This document shows, piece by piece, positions 22,126 to 33,124 of a stretch of DNA of 33,124 bases. The translations under genes were made by a program, and so were the position numbers. The notes under the pieces were generated by a model. It worked only from the letters and a program-made list of their open reading frames with translations, had not been told where the DNA came from and did not search any database. This stretch comes from Octopus sinensis. Its lineage: Eukaryota. How positions within the stretch are numbered: the first letter of the stretch is position 1; each line of letters opens with the position of its first letter. Location: contig NW_021832089.1 of assembly GCF_006345805.1 (NCBI RefSeq), forward strand, positions 1 through 33,124, read 5' to 3'.

Positions 22126-24508
22126 GGCGTCTCAATATGTTCTATAAGAGTGTGGTAGAGCAGAGAGATATCTTTCTGCTTTGCTCTTTTTAGTGTCCCA
22201 TTGAAGTTTCATGGGACAGATATTTGTGGCGTTGGAGAGTGTGGGATAGAGCAGAGTGGTGTCTTAGAATGGAGAAGGAGAGAAAGAGGGAGAGAGAGAC
22301 TGGAATAGAATGTGATAGAAGAATGGAGTATGCCCTCGGGAGTGTTGTAGAGAGATGTTCTTCTGCTCGCCTAGAAACAGAACAGAGAAATATGTCCTAG
22401 CTAAGTGCGGTGGAGTAGAGATATGTCTTAGAGGATTGTGAAAAAAAAAATAACAAAGAAAAAAACAAAGGGTATGATCTCGAGCAGTGCAGTAGGGCAA
22501 GGAGATATGTCATAGCGGAGTGTGATAGGGCAGAGAGATCTTAGTTAAGTGCGGTGAGGCAGAAAATTATGTCTCATGCGAGTCGAAACAGTAACCGGAT
22601 TTCAATTCTAAATTGAACCCTCCACCCACCCACTCTCCTTCCATTTTATTTACGCAACTACAATTCTTGCGAACGACATCAACATCGTAACTCCCTTCCT
22701 TTTTCCCGCCTCTTCCACCTCCCTAAACAAAACATTAAATCGTGTGCCAACATTAATGTAACTAATACACAGGAAACCCAATCCCCGTTGTTATATGTAA
22801 CAGCTGTTCTTTGTGCCATTGTGCTTCTCTGAAAACCTTTATAGTTTCCCAGCGGTAAAAGAATTCCTATTACTTTCACACTTTTTCCTATAAATTCTTT
22901 AAGTCTGATGTTGTTAGACAAGTCTCCCTTTCAATGTTCATATTTCTCGTAGCTTCAAGACAAATTTATAAATTCTATAAACTGTAAGAAATATGGTTTT
23001 CTCCGCTTCCATCCTTTCTCTCTTTCACCCGATTTTCATGTGTTTTATTTGTTTTTGTCTTTTCTTTTATTTGTCAATTTTGTTTATTATTCTTCGTGAC
23101 GCAAGTTCGAATTAATTGAGAAAGACTTATTTTTCGTGTAAATCGATTTTATATATCGAGAATAATAAAACGTATATCAATAAAAATATAATAATAATTT
23201 TAAGATATAGACGGAAAAAATAAAAGAATTTCTCGATTTTATTAAGTTCATTTCTATTTAATAACAATCTACAATGGAGATATTTACTGTCTTCAAACTG
23301 AACATATATCTTAAACAGTCCCTTTGGCATTAGAAGCTCGTATTTGTAGTTGGTAGCAAAGGAGAGAAAATAAAACTACCAACTTAATGGAAGTCGAGGT
23401 TAAACAAAGTTCTAGTCTTAGATATTTATTTGAAAAAAGAAAAAGATTCGAGTCAATTATTTCTTTTTCTGTGACATCACGTCTCCTTTCTTTACAATCT
23501 CCAACAGTTAGCTGTGTTCGTTGGTTAGTTTCAGCTAAGAAAGCAGACACCACTGTTCTATGTTTTGTGACATATTAGTTTTTAAAGCCAATCAGCTAGG
23601 CTTTGTGGCTGTTTAAAACAAAAAAAATAAATATACAAGTAATAAAACAAAAGGAATAAAAACTGGTGATAAAAAAAACTACACCGCTGTCGTCTGCATG
23701 TTAGGTTACTTTTGACATCTAAATTGATGTCTCTGCACTCAGCTGCTTCGACATAACATTTAAACGTGTTTAAAGATTAGATTTAAAACTGAACTGCAGG
23801 CATAAAGTGGCACCGAATATTTTACTGCAAACAGTCAAGCAAACAAATTATAAACACAAATAGGGAATTAAAACCAACCAACAAAGAAAGAAAAAGGAAA
23901 TGGATCGAGATTATTAGTTGACAAAATTGTGTGACAAGGAGAAAATATATGTGAATGTAAACAGACACGACCATATGTTGGAAGGACAGCGAAAATAATA
24001 AGCAGATTATGACCAGCTTTTGCATCTAGCCACGAAAATAACAAATGTTTTTATACTGATAAAAAAGTATTTGAATAACTTCTCAATAAAATATTCCTGG
24101 GAAACTATGAGAAAGCAAAGAAGCAATTTATTAATTCTACAGAAGGAAAACTATAACAGTTAACCGTCGACTAAATTGAATCAAAATCACCCGAACGTCA
24201 CATTTTAAATGAATTCGCTCCATAATGAAGCGTTTTGTTATTATGAGGACTTGTTCACCTTTTCTTATTATCTAAATGTCTAAAAGTGTTTAAAATAAAG
24301 GCGACCCTTCACAACATTGACTATTGTCTTAACTTAGTTTTCAGTCGTGAAATCTCTTAAGAGCAAATAAGCAGAAGGTATTTTTAACGTCTGCCTGACG
24401 CCATTTTTTGTTTCCCTTTCCGGTTGAATCAAACTATTCGTGTGTTTATATAACATAAAACAGCAAACATTGATTTAATTCTGGAGCATATATATCATTG
24501 TACGTACA

Positions 24509-24563
<55 letters not shown>

Positions 24564-24644
24564 CACATATACATAAATACACACACATATAAATACATGC
24601 ATACATTTATATGACTGAATGTACGTGTGTATGTAGAACAAATG

Positions 24645-24683
<39 letters not shown>

Positions 24684-24887
24684 GGAGAGAGGGAGAGAGA
24701 GAGACATACATACATGCATACATACTTACATACATACATACATACATACATAAACGCATTCTAGCGTAAATATATTTGTGGCGCTGTATTTCAATATTTG
24801 CGTCTGTTTATTAATATTTTTCTACAATTTATTTCTATGTAAAATGTATACATGCAAGGTGTATACACACACACACACATGCATAAT

Positions 24888-24932
<45 letters not shown>

Positions 24933-24993
24933 ATTATATATAATATATGTATGTATATACTTACGCATACATTATTACATGCTTATATATCTG

Positions 24994-25041
<48 letters not shown>

Positions 25042-25439
25042 CACATATGTATATGCATATATATATGTATGTGTGTCTTTGTGTGTGTGGTGTGTATGTG
25101 TGGTTATAAAAGACTGACCTTTTACCAAAATAAACCATAAACTAAGGTTACGTAATTTTTCATCACATAGACGCATGCGCATACACACACACATCATAAA
25201 TGCACACAAACACACACATATGTGCACAGCCATGCAATTATTATCATCAGTCAAAAGTGGAGGATGTCCAGCCGCCCTGATCCTTTCTCACATGACCAGA
25301 AGGAGAGAAAAAAGAGGAGGTGAAGGTGTTCCTAAATCAGATATCTGGACCCAAACACTTACAATTGAGTGGACCCTGCTAAAGTTACCCAAGGGACAAG
25401 TGAGGATGTAAACCAAATCAATAAAAGAACAAGTATACC

Positions 25440-25666
25440 TATTTCTTTATTACCCACAAGGGGCTAAACATAGAGGGGACAAACAAGGACAGACAAAGGT
25501 ATTAAGTCGATTACATCGACCCCAGTGCGTAACTGGTACTTAATTTATCGACCCCGAAAGGATGAAAGGCAAAGTCGACCTCGGCGGAATTTGAACTCAC
25601 AACGTAACGCAGACGAAATACCGCTAAGCATTTCGCCCGGCGTGCTAACGTTTCTGCCAGCTCACC
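25440..25666 (-). mobile_element. Young SINE family A copy with 7-bp TSD
   Basis: GTATACC at 25433-25439 and 25667-25673. Confidence 0.92.
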
Positions 25667-25876
25667 GTATACCGTCCAAGTCCAGGAACCGTGCCATAAA
25701 TCTGCTTCTGTCTAATTTCCGTTTACCATAATTTAACCTGGCAAATTTTGGTTGGAACTGAAGGACTTCCGAAAGACTCATTTGAAGTGTGAAGAAGCAA
25801 TATTCCTCCGAGGTGTTAAATCAAACACATCTGAAGCGTGGAGAAGATTCACAAATGGCCAGGAAATTTTGAAAAT

Positions 25877-26232
25877 TTATTATCTCCGCCTTAGCGATGG
25901 GGAAGGTATTGTTTTCAGTCACATTTGTTTGTTTGTTTGTTCGTGGACAAGATATCTCAAGAACCGCTGGATGGATTCGAATGAAACTTTCAGGGATGTT
26001 TGGCCTCATGACTGGCAGTATCGATCCGATACTGGAAAAGGATTCTGGATTATTTTTCTTGCTTTTTAACTTAATTTTTGAGAGCAGTCGGATTAATTTT
26101 TAGTATTCTCGTTTATGAGAGTAGTTGAGTCTATTTCAGATATTCTCATTTTTAAAATCATCTCCGGTTAATCATTGAGAGATGGCGCTGGTGTTGCCTT
26201 GGCTGAGGTTTGCGCTATCTGAGTGCTCTTAT
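25877..26232 (+). mobile_element. Non-autonomous Helentron-associated (HINE/DINE-1-like) element
   Basis: 5' TATTATCTCCGCC.., a (GTTT)n tract, GGATGGATT..ATGAAACTTT, 3' CCTTGGCTGAGGT (degenerate subterminal inverted repeat) followed by hairpin GCGCT-ATCTG-AGTGC; T-rich flanks. Confidence 0.75.
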
Positions 26233-26324
26233 TTTAATAAGGCATTTATAATCATTTTTATAGTCGTTAAAAATGTATATAAAAATGCATATTTTATATA
26301 TGTATTTATTATTTTATTCTTTTA

Positions 26325-26669
26325 ACTGCTTTAGTCTTTAGACTGCGGCCATGCTGGAGCGCCGCCTTGAGTCGAACAAATCGAGTGCAGGACTTATTCT
26401 TTATTCTTTCTAACGGTTTTTTTTTTGCCGAACCGAACAAAGACACATACATTAATACATACATACATACAAACTACATACATACATACATACATACATA
26501 CATACATACATACATACATACACATACAATCATACGTACTTACATAATACATACATAAATGCATACATACATACATACAAACTACATACATACATACATA
26601 CATACATACATTCATGCATACATACATACGTACATACATAATACATACATACATACATACATACATACC

Positions 26670-26704
<35 letters not shown>

Positions 26705-26875
26705 GTGTGTGTATGTGTGTGTGACAGGCTTCATTCAGTTTCCGTCTACCAAATTACCCACAGAGCCTTTGGTCAGTCCGAGGCTATAGTAGAAGACACT
26801 TGCCCAAGGTGCCATAAGTGGGACTGAACTCGGAATCCTGTGGTTGGGAAGCAAACATCTTACCACACGCCTACG
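26325..26875 (-). mobile_element. SINE family B with expanded internal (TACA)n tract
   Basis: Head and body at 26875-26725, microsatellite at about 26720-26445, tail at 26440-26325. Confidence 0.8.
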
Positions 26876-26995
26876 TGTAATATTTATTTATAATTTCTAT
26901 AATGGTTTCTAATTTGGCCAGCAGTTTTAAGGAGAAGGGGGGAAGGGCTAGTCGATTCCATCGGTCCCAGTGCTCGACCGGTACTTATTCTATAA

Positions 26996-27226
26996 GGCGG
27001 CGAGCTGGCAGAATCGTTAGCACGTCGGGCGAAATGCTTAGCGGTATTTCGTCTGCCGCTACGTTCTGAGTTCAAAGTCCGCCGAGGTCGACTTTGCCTT
27101 TCATCCTTTCGGGGTCGATTAGATAAGTACCAGTTACGCACTGGGGTCGATATAATCGACTTAATCCGTTTGTCTGTCCTTGTTTGTCCTCTCTGTGTTT
27201 AGCCCCTTGTGGGTAGTAAAGAAATA
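26996..27226 (+). mobile_element. Young full-length SINE family A nested in an older antisense copy, 12-bp TSD
   Basis: GGTACTTATTCT at 26980-26991 and 27227-27238; the host SINE halves lie at about 26900-26991 and 27227-27320. Confidence 0.92.
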
Positions 27227-27383
27227 GGTACTTATTCTGTCAACCCCAGCAGGATGAAAGGCAAAGTCGATCTTGGTTATATTTGATCTCAGAACATTAA
27301 GATCCGGAAGAAATGCCGCTGGAACCACTCGTCTCTAAGTCTCTCAGACCAATCAGCAACAGGTGCCATATGTACATATACAA

Positions 27384-27442
<59 letters not shown>

Positions 27443-27941
27443 GTTATACAGACATTCATCGACAGACAGTTTTCTAAATAGGTCAGGTTTGAAAGCGTCG
27501 GCCACTGCGTCCATTATTCCATGTAATATCTCTCGCGTGCGTCAAGGAGACACGGACAAGGAGACAACAGATCGTAAAATGTCCGACTGTATTTAAAGAT
27601 CACACGTCAATTGTTGTTGACATCAAAACAAATATCAAATGTTCAGCTGTGTTATGGCTTCCAGCAAACTTGGTGACAGAAATTACGAGAATACCTGTCT
27701 GTTCATACATAAATGCATATCCATATATTATGCGTGGGTTTGTGGGTGTTGTGGGTGTGTGTGTTGTCGGTTCTGTGCATTACACCCACACACACACACC
27801 CACACACACACACACACATATATGTACCTATACGATGTAATATATATATATATATATATAATATATATATATATATATAATATATATATATATATTATAT
27901 ATATATATGTATATACATATATAATATATATACATATATAC

Positions 27942-27995
<54 letters not shown>

Positions 27996-27997
27996 GT

Positions 27998-28029
<32 letters not shown>

Positions 28030-28864
28030 CATGTATGTATATATGCATATTATTTATTTATTAATTTATTATATGACGAACGCACGCATCCATTTCTAAG
28101 TAAGATTGTTCTTAATATTAATAATGATGCGCACTCTTAACCTTTCTCTCCCCCTCCCTTTCTCAGCCTTCATTATTTTGGCTTTCCTTTTCTTCTACCT
28201 TACTGTCTCTCCCTCTCCCTCTCTCATTCTTCATTCTTTTCTCTACAACCATTCCCTTTTTTTCTCTCCCTTTCTCTTACTCCTCCTCCCCCCTCCCGTC
28301 GCGGACACGTGATGAGAAGGCTACTACTGTCTTTCTTCTCCGGGCTACCTTCAAGTAGAGACGGCAAATCTGTTGCTCCCTCGCCGTTCTCTAAAAATAG
28401 CGTTCGTAAAAAATGTTATCTCGTTCGGCTTAACAACCCTTCTTGTTTGTGTTACTGTTATTCTCCGTGTCCTGTCTTTTACTGTTTTACTGTTGTTACT
28501 GTCCTGTTTTTGTTACCATTTTTACCCCTCCGCAAAAAATCTCAAATTTTATTTAATTTGATTTTCGCGGGAAGGAAAGTTTCATTAAAGTCATGTATCG
28601 CCTGACCTTCGAAACGTGGAGTAGATGAACAAAGGCGACTGAAGAAGGGGAATTTTCCTTGTTTTGTTGTCCTGTACTCTATTTTTTTCGTTGTTTATAA
28701 AAATGTCCATTTCCTTGGTTTTGTGTTTATGTTTTCCGTTTCTCGTTGTGTTCGACGGTTTTTTGGTGTCCTGTACCCATATATGCATGTATATATACAT
28801 GTAGAGGTAGGTACGTACATATATGTAGGTATATATGCATATTATTTATTTATTAATTCATTAG

Positions 28865-28895
<31 letters not shown>

Positions 28896-28899
28896 ATAT

Positions 28900-28940
<41 letters not shown>

Positions 28941-29391
28941 CAAAATAAAAAATGGAGAAATACATCTAATCATTTATCAACTACCAGATAATACCCAATC
29001 ACATACTTTATTAAACCACTACATAAAAATATATAACAAAACAGCGTACATGAATGAGTAATATATATATATATATTACATTCATATATTCATATTTTTT
29101 ACATTCATATATTTTTATATTCCGAATGTATTAATATATGTTTCAGACAACTCTATCATATTAAATCCGTATATATATACACAGCAATTGTAGTCTACCT
29201 GAGTTAACCTTTTCTCTGTATCTTTTGTACTTGTCAAGCGTCTTGGGTTTGACTCGAGCACTTCCACGCTTTCTATGCTATTCTAAAGAAAATTTACGAT
29301 TATATATATATACATATATAATGCATATGTACACTCATACGCATATATTCATATGTGTATGTGTGTGCGTGTGTGTGGTGTGTGTGTGTGT

Positions 29392-29430
<39 letters not shown>

Positions 29431-29617
29431 TGTGTGTGTGTGTGTATACATATGTGTGTATGTTCATGTGTCTTGCAGCCCAACGGACACTTTATTTCCG
29501 TATTCGGGATCGTCGCAGTCACAAAGTTCTTCTTGAAAATTGACATCTGAAAGGTATCAATTTGTTTTTGTTTTTTTTCAGCCAAGTCCTGACTCGATCC
29601 AACTGGTTCAACTGGAG

Positions 29618-29935
29618 CCCGTCGTTATCGAAGGGCAAACGCTGTTGGGGGCAACCCACTTTACCATGGCAGTAAAATCGTTAAGGGCAACAGATCCACT
29701 GTGAGACTAAATTTCGGGATGAAGAGGCCAGTTCAGTATTCGGAAGGTCCATAGGGCGACTGCGAAATATAAAGTATACAGAGCAATCGTATTATTAATC
29801 CTTTTATACACACCGGATACGTGGATGTTATGCCGTAAACAACCTGCATGATGATGCATCTGAGACAAGATGGAAATACAAGACCAGGAGCACCAACATT
29901 CCAGTGACAACAAATCTCATCAGGGTGGAAGCATG
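29618..29935 (+). mobile_element. Decayed RTE-clade LINE fragment
   Basis: Frameshifted translation PVVIEGQTLLGATHF / GSKI / EASSVFGR / KYKVYRAIVLLILLYTPDTWMLCRK matches the RTE ORF motif YLGS..RI.KAS.AFGRL..TK.KVYRAIV...LLYG.ETW. Confidence 0.8.
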
Positions 29936-30362
29936 ACATATATAATGATAGCATGGATGTTGTGTTTCCTCTTTTTAGCAACCAATAAGAAAATATATTC
30001 TCAGCGCATCTAGATTCATATGGCTAACATTGCAACGTTGTAGAGACATCGAATCTTTATCGCTAGAGCAAATATTGTAACGATGTGAAAGCAATATATT
30101 CCGATGCACGTGATAAATATTACAAAGGCGTGCATACATTGCATGCAGATACAAATGTGCAAATATTACAATGGCGTATATACATCGCATGTACATGCAC
30201 ACGGCTAATATCACAGCGATGCGGGGTTAAAACACTCGAAATATTATGTTTTTAGAGAAATACAGATTGAGAAGATGGCGTTAACTTGTCGAAAGTAAAA
30301 TTTATCTCTGAGAACAGATTTGAAATATGAAATGAAATATTAATAAGAAAATCCTTTTACAG

Positions 30363-30386
30363 GCGCAGCGGAATAAAAGAAAAATG
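30363..30386 (+). CDS. Candidate 24-nt exon (AQRNKRKM or phase-1 RSGIKEK), unvalidated
   Basis: Acceptor ATCCTTTTACAG|G and donor ATG|GTAAGT; length is divisible by 3. Confidence 0.35.
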
Positions 30387-31244
30387 GTAAGTACCGCAGT
30401 TGGGAGGAACAGTGGAATGACTAATGAGATTTGGTCTGTGCTCAGGAGGAACCAGAAGACGCTTTTACTCACCAACTTCATCTAATCTTTAAAATCAGAT
30501 AAAATGGTGATGAATTCTCTCAGACTCTCTTTTATCTTTATCTTTATTTTTACATTTTCTATTCCTCATCCACCGTTCTTTATCTCTTTCTCTGTATGTT
30601 TATCTCTCTCTCACTTCACCCATCTCTTTCTCTCTCCCTCTCTTTCTCTCTCGTTCCCTTTCCTTTTTAAGCTTAACTTGCCATAAATGTCACAGCAGAT
30701 GTATAATATCGTTTACATGCAAATAAACCGTCCCTCACTTATCCCGGCAATAGAATTTCGCAACTTATTTTCAGCACAAACAAAACGATGAATAAAATAA
30801 TAAAATAATAAAATAATGATTAAAAAAAAAAAAGGTTACATAAAACAGCAAATCCTTTTACAGCATCTAATAATATCAGGTCTTAACGTGCCATGTCTGC
30901 TCTTTCCTTGCTCAATCGCCATTAAAAAGAACAAAAAAAAGCTAGAATCTTTCCACACAAGCATTAAGATATTCAGAGATAACTTTTTTTTTTTTGTAAA
31001 ATTAATCCTGATTCCAGCATCTGGCTCAGTTAATCGACACGGCTTACCCATTCTCTGTGTTACTGAAAGCCACATAAACTTTATAACAAGCGCCATGGCA
31101 TCTCTGGTAGCATAATGGGTGGGGTGGGGGTGGGGGCAGTATATTCGGTAACTAATTAATATAAGTTCAGTATCTAATTAGACATTACAATTAATATGAG
31201 TTCAGAATCCGTGAGGATTATATTATCTTTGTAGTTATGGCTTT

Positions 31245-31620
31245 ATCGTTGTCGTCATCGTCATCGTCATCGTTGTTACTGCTGTTGTTGTTGCCGTTGT
31301 TGTTGTTGTTGCTCTTCTTCTTCTTCTTCTTCTTCTTCTTCTTCTTCTCCCTCCTCCTCATCCTCTTCATCCCCTCCCCCACCTCTTCCTCTCCACCTCT
31401 TCTTCTCACTCCTCCTCTTCTTCCCCCTCATCTTCTTCTCCCTCCTCCTCTTCCTCCCCTCCTCCTCTTCCTCCCCGGCGCTCTTCTTGTTCCCCTCCTC
31501 CTCTTCCTTCTCCCCTCCCCATCTTCTTCCCCTCCATCTTCTTTCCCTCCTCATCGCTTACCCTCCTCCTCTTCTTCCCCCTCATATTCCTCCCCCTTCG
31601 CCCCCTCCTCCTCCTCCTCC
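31245..31620. repeat. Triplet and pyrimidine-rich low-complexity tract (TCG/TGT/TCT/CCT)
   Basis: Direct reading. Confidence 0.9.
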
Positions 31621-31686
31621 TTTAGCCACAGGTCAGCTTTGAATCAGCAGGTCTACGGTGACATACATCCAATCCTTGAATATTCA

Positions 31687-31876
31687 TTCTAAATTTTGGC
31701 ACAATGCCAGCAATATCGGGGGATGGGAGTGCGATAGGTTGATTAGATCGACCCCCAATGCTCAACTGGTACTTATTTTATCGATCCCGAAAGGATGAAG
31801 GGCAAAGTCAACCTCGACAGAATTTGACGAAATGCCGCTCAGCATTTTGCCAGGGCGATTCTGCCAGCTCACCGCC
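31687..31876 (-). mobile_element. SINE family A, internally deleted
   Basis: Head and body are present; the B-box-adjacent segment is shortened. Confidence 0.85.
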
Positions 31877-32139
31877 TTCCAATCTTTGAAAACTAAATCT
31901 TTTATCCAGGAAGAGTGTATCAAGGATTATATTATCCAGTGAATTGTTCGCATTTGTTTTTTTTTTTTTTTTTTTTAAGACGGTGGGGGTAGGATTTTTA
32001 GAGTCTACTTCTCACATTAAGGTGGTCTATGGAATTCTGGTTCAAATCGCCATCAAAAGATTTCATTTAATTTATTCCCAAAGAAACAGTCGCACGGCAA
32101 ACTCCAACGCGGTAACCTTTCGTGGGGGGAGGGGGGTCG

Positions 32140-32335
32140 ACAAAAGACGCAGGAGGAAAGAGTGAGAGAAAGTTGTGGCGAAAGGGTCAGCAGAAGTTCG
32201 CAATTACCTTCTGGCGGAGCCGCGTGGAGCTTCGGTGATTCGCACATAAACACACACATCGCCCGGTCTGAGATTCGAACCCGTGATCCCGCGACCGCGA
32301 GTCCGATGCTCTAACCACTGATCCATTGCCTCCAC
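32140..32335 (-). mobile_element. tRNA-derived SINE (family C-like head)
   Basis: Minus strand A-box TGGATCAGTGG (32325-32315) and B-box GGTTCGAATCT (32281-32271), continuing into a non-tRNA tail. Confidence 0.8.
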
Positions 32336-32349
32336 ATATCACACACCTG

Positions 32350-32350
32350 C

Positions 32351-32419
<69 letters not shown>

Positions 32420-32444
32420 TATATATAGATTATAATTAGATATC

Positions 32445-32483
<39 letters not shown>

Positions 32484-32890
32484 TATATAATATAGATATA
32501 TATATCTATTATATATATCATATATATATATATATATATATATATGCCATGTATGTATGTATTTATAGATATATATATATATATGTGTATGTATGTATAT
32601 ATATATATATATCGATCTATCAATCTATTGTTTCACATTCACATATATATGTGCGTGTATACACTTATATATATATACGCATATATATATATGTATGCAC
32701 AGGCGCACATAAATATATTCTCATGCACCAACGCATATATATTGTATAATGTAAAATGTATTTTTCTGACATAAACATACACAGCTTTAAACACATTTGC
32801 AATGCATACAATATATTATATTTACACACACGCACACACACACACACACACATACACATATATGCATACATATACATATATGCGCATCTG

Positions 32891-32937
<47 letters not shown>

Positions 32938-33060
32938 ATACATACATGTATATACGTACACATATATACATTTAAACATTTATAAATACATATACATATA
33001 TACACAGACATATTTATGTATCTGTATATACGTATGTATACATATATGTGTGCATATTGG
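32350..33060. repeat. TA/CA-rich low-complexity microsatellite region
   Basis: Direct reading. Confidence 0.9.
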
Positions 33061-33124
33061 ATAATTTTGTCACTCTGTGTATATAGTAAACGCATAGAGA
33101 CAACTAAATGCACACACACGCACG

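Noticed and set aside
22953-22983. 31-nt exon candidate (CTCGTAG|...|GTAAGA); also minus-strand TTG|GTGAGT near 30470 and GTAAGT near 2592
   Set aside because: Isolated splice-like signals are expected by chance in 33 kb; these are either not frame-preserving or have weak acceptors.
23586-23595. CCAAT/NF-Y consensus sites (also 27347-27356)
   Set aside because: They are single 10-mers without other promoter evidence.
25752-25876. LKDFRKTHLKCEEAIFLRGVKSNTSEAWRRFTNGQEIL as a mariner transposase C-terminus
   Set aside because: The resemblance is limited to a few residues, with no DD34D or YSPDLAP motif, and the rest of the ORF runs through the HINE.
32250-32335. Possible tRNA gene (A and B boxes)
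   Set aside because: There is no acceptor stem or complete cloverleaf, and it continues into a SINE tail.

Overview
This window is eukaryotic, repeat-dense DNA that is essentially non-coding (intron or intergenic). The SINE families and the extreme microsatellite load look like an Octopus/coleoid cephalopod genome; this is inference from recognition, not a database search. No complete or nameable protein-coding gene is present, and almost all ORFs in the supplied track are translations of simple repeats. Supported content: about 20 tRNA-derived SINE copies of three families, decayed non-LTR retrotransposon fragments (two R4/Dong-like RT pieces, one RTE-like, two CR1/L2-group 3' ends), one Helentron-associated HINE-like element, and many microsatellites. 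The most interesting observations are: SINE dimers that share one breakpoint and a recurrent GGTA junction; a perfect 37-bp fold-back in a Dong-like fragment bounded by AAT repeats; an 84-bp near-perfect hairpin; a dense transcription-factor motif cluster at about 7.8 kb; a possible signal-peptide two-exon ORF at the left edge; and a 24-nt exon candidate with strong splice sites at 30.4 kb. There is no CRISPR array, rRNA or intact tRNA gene.
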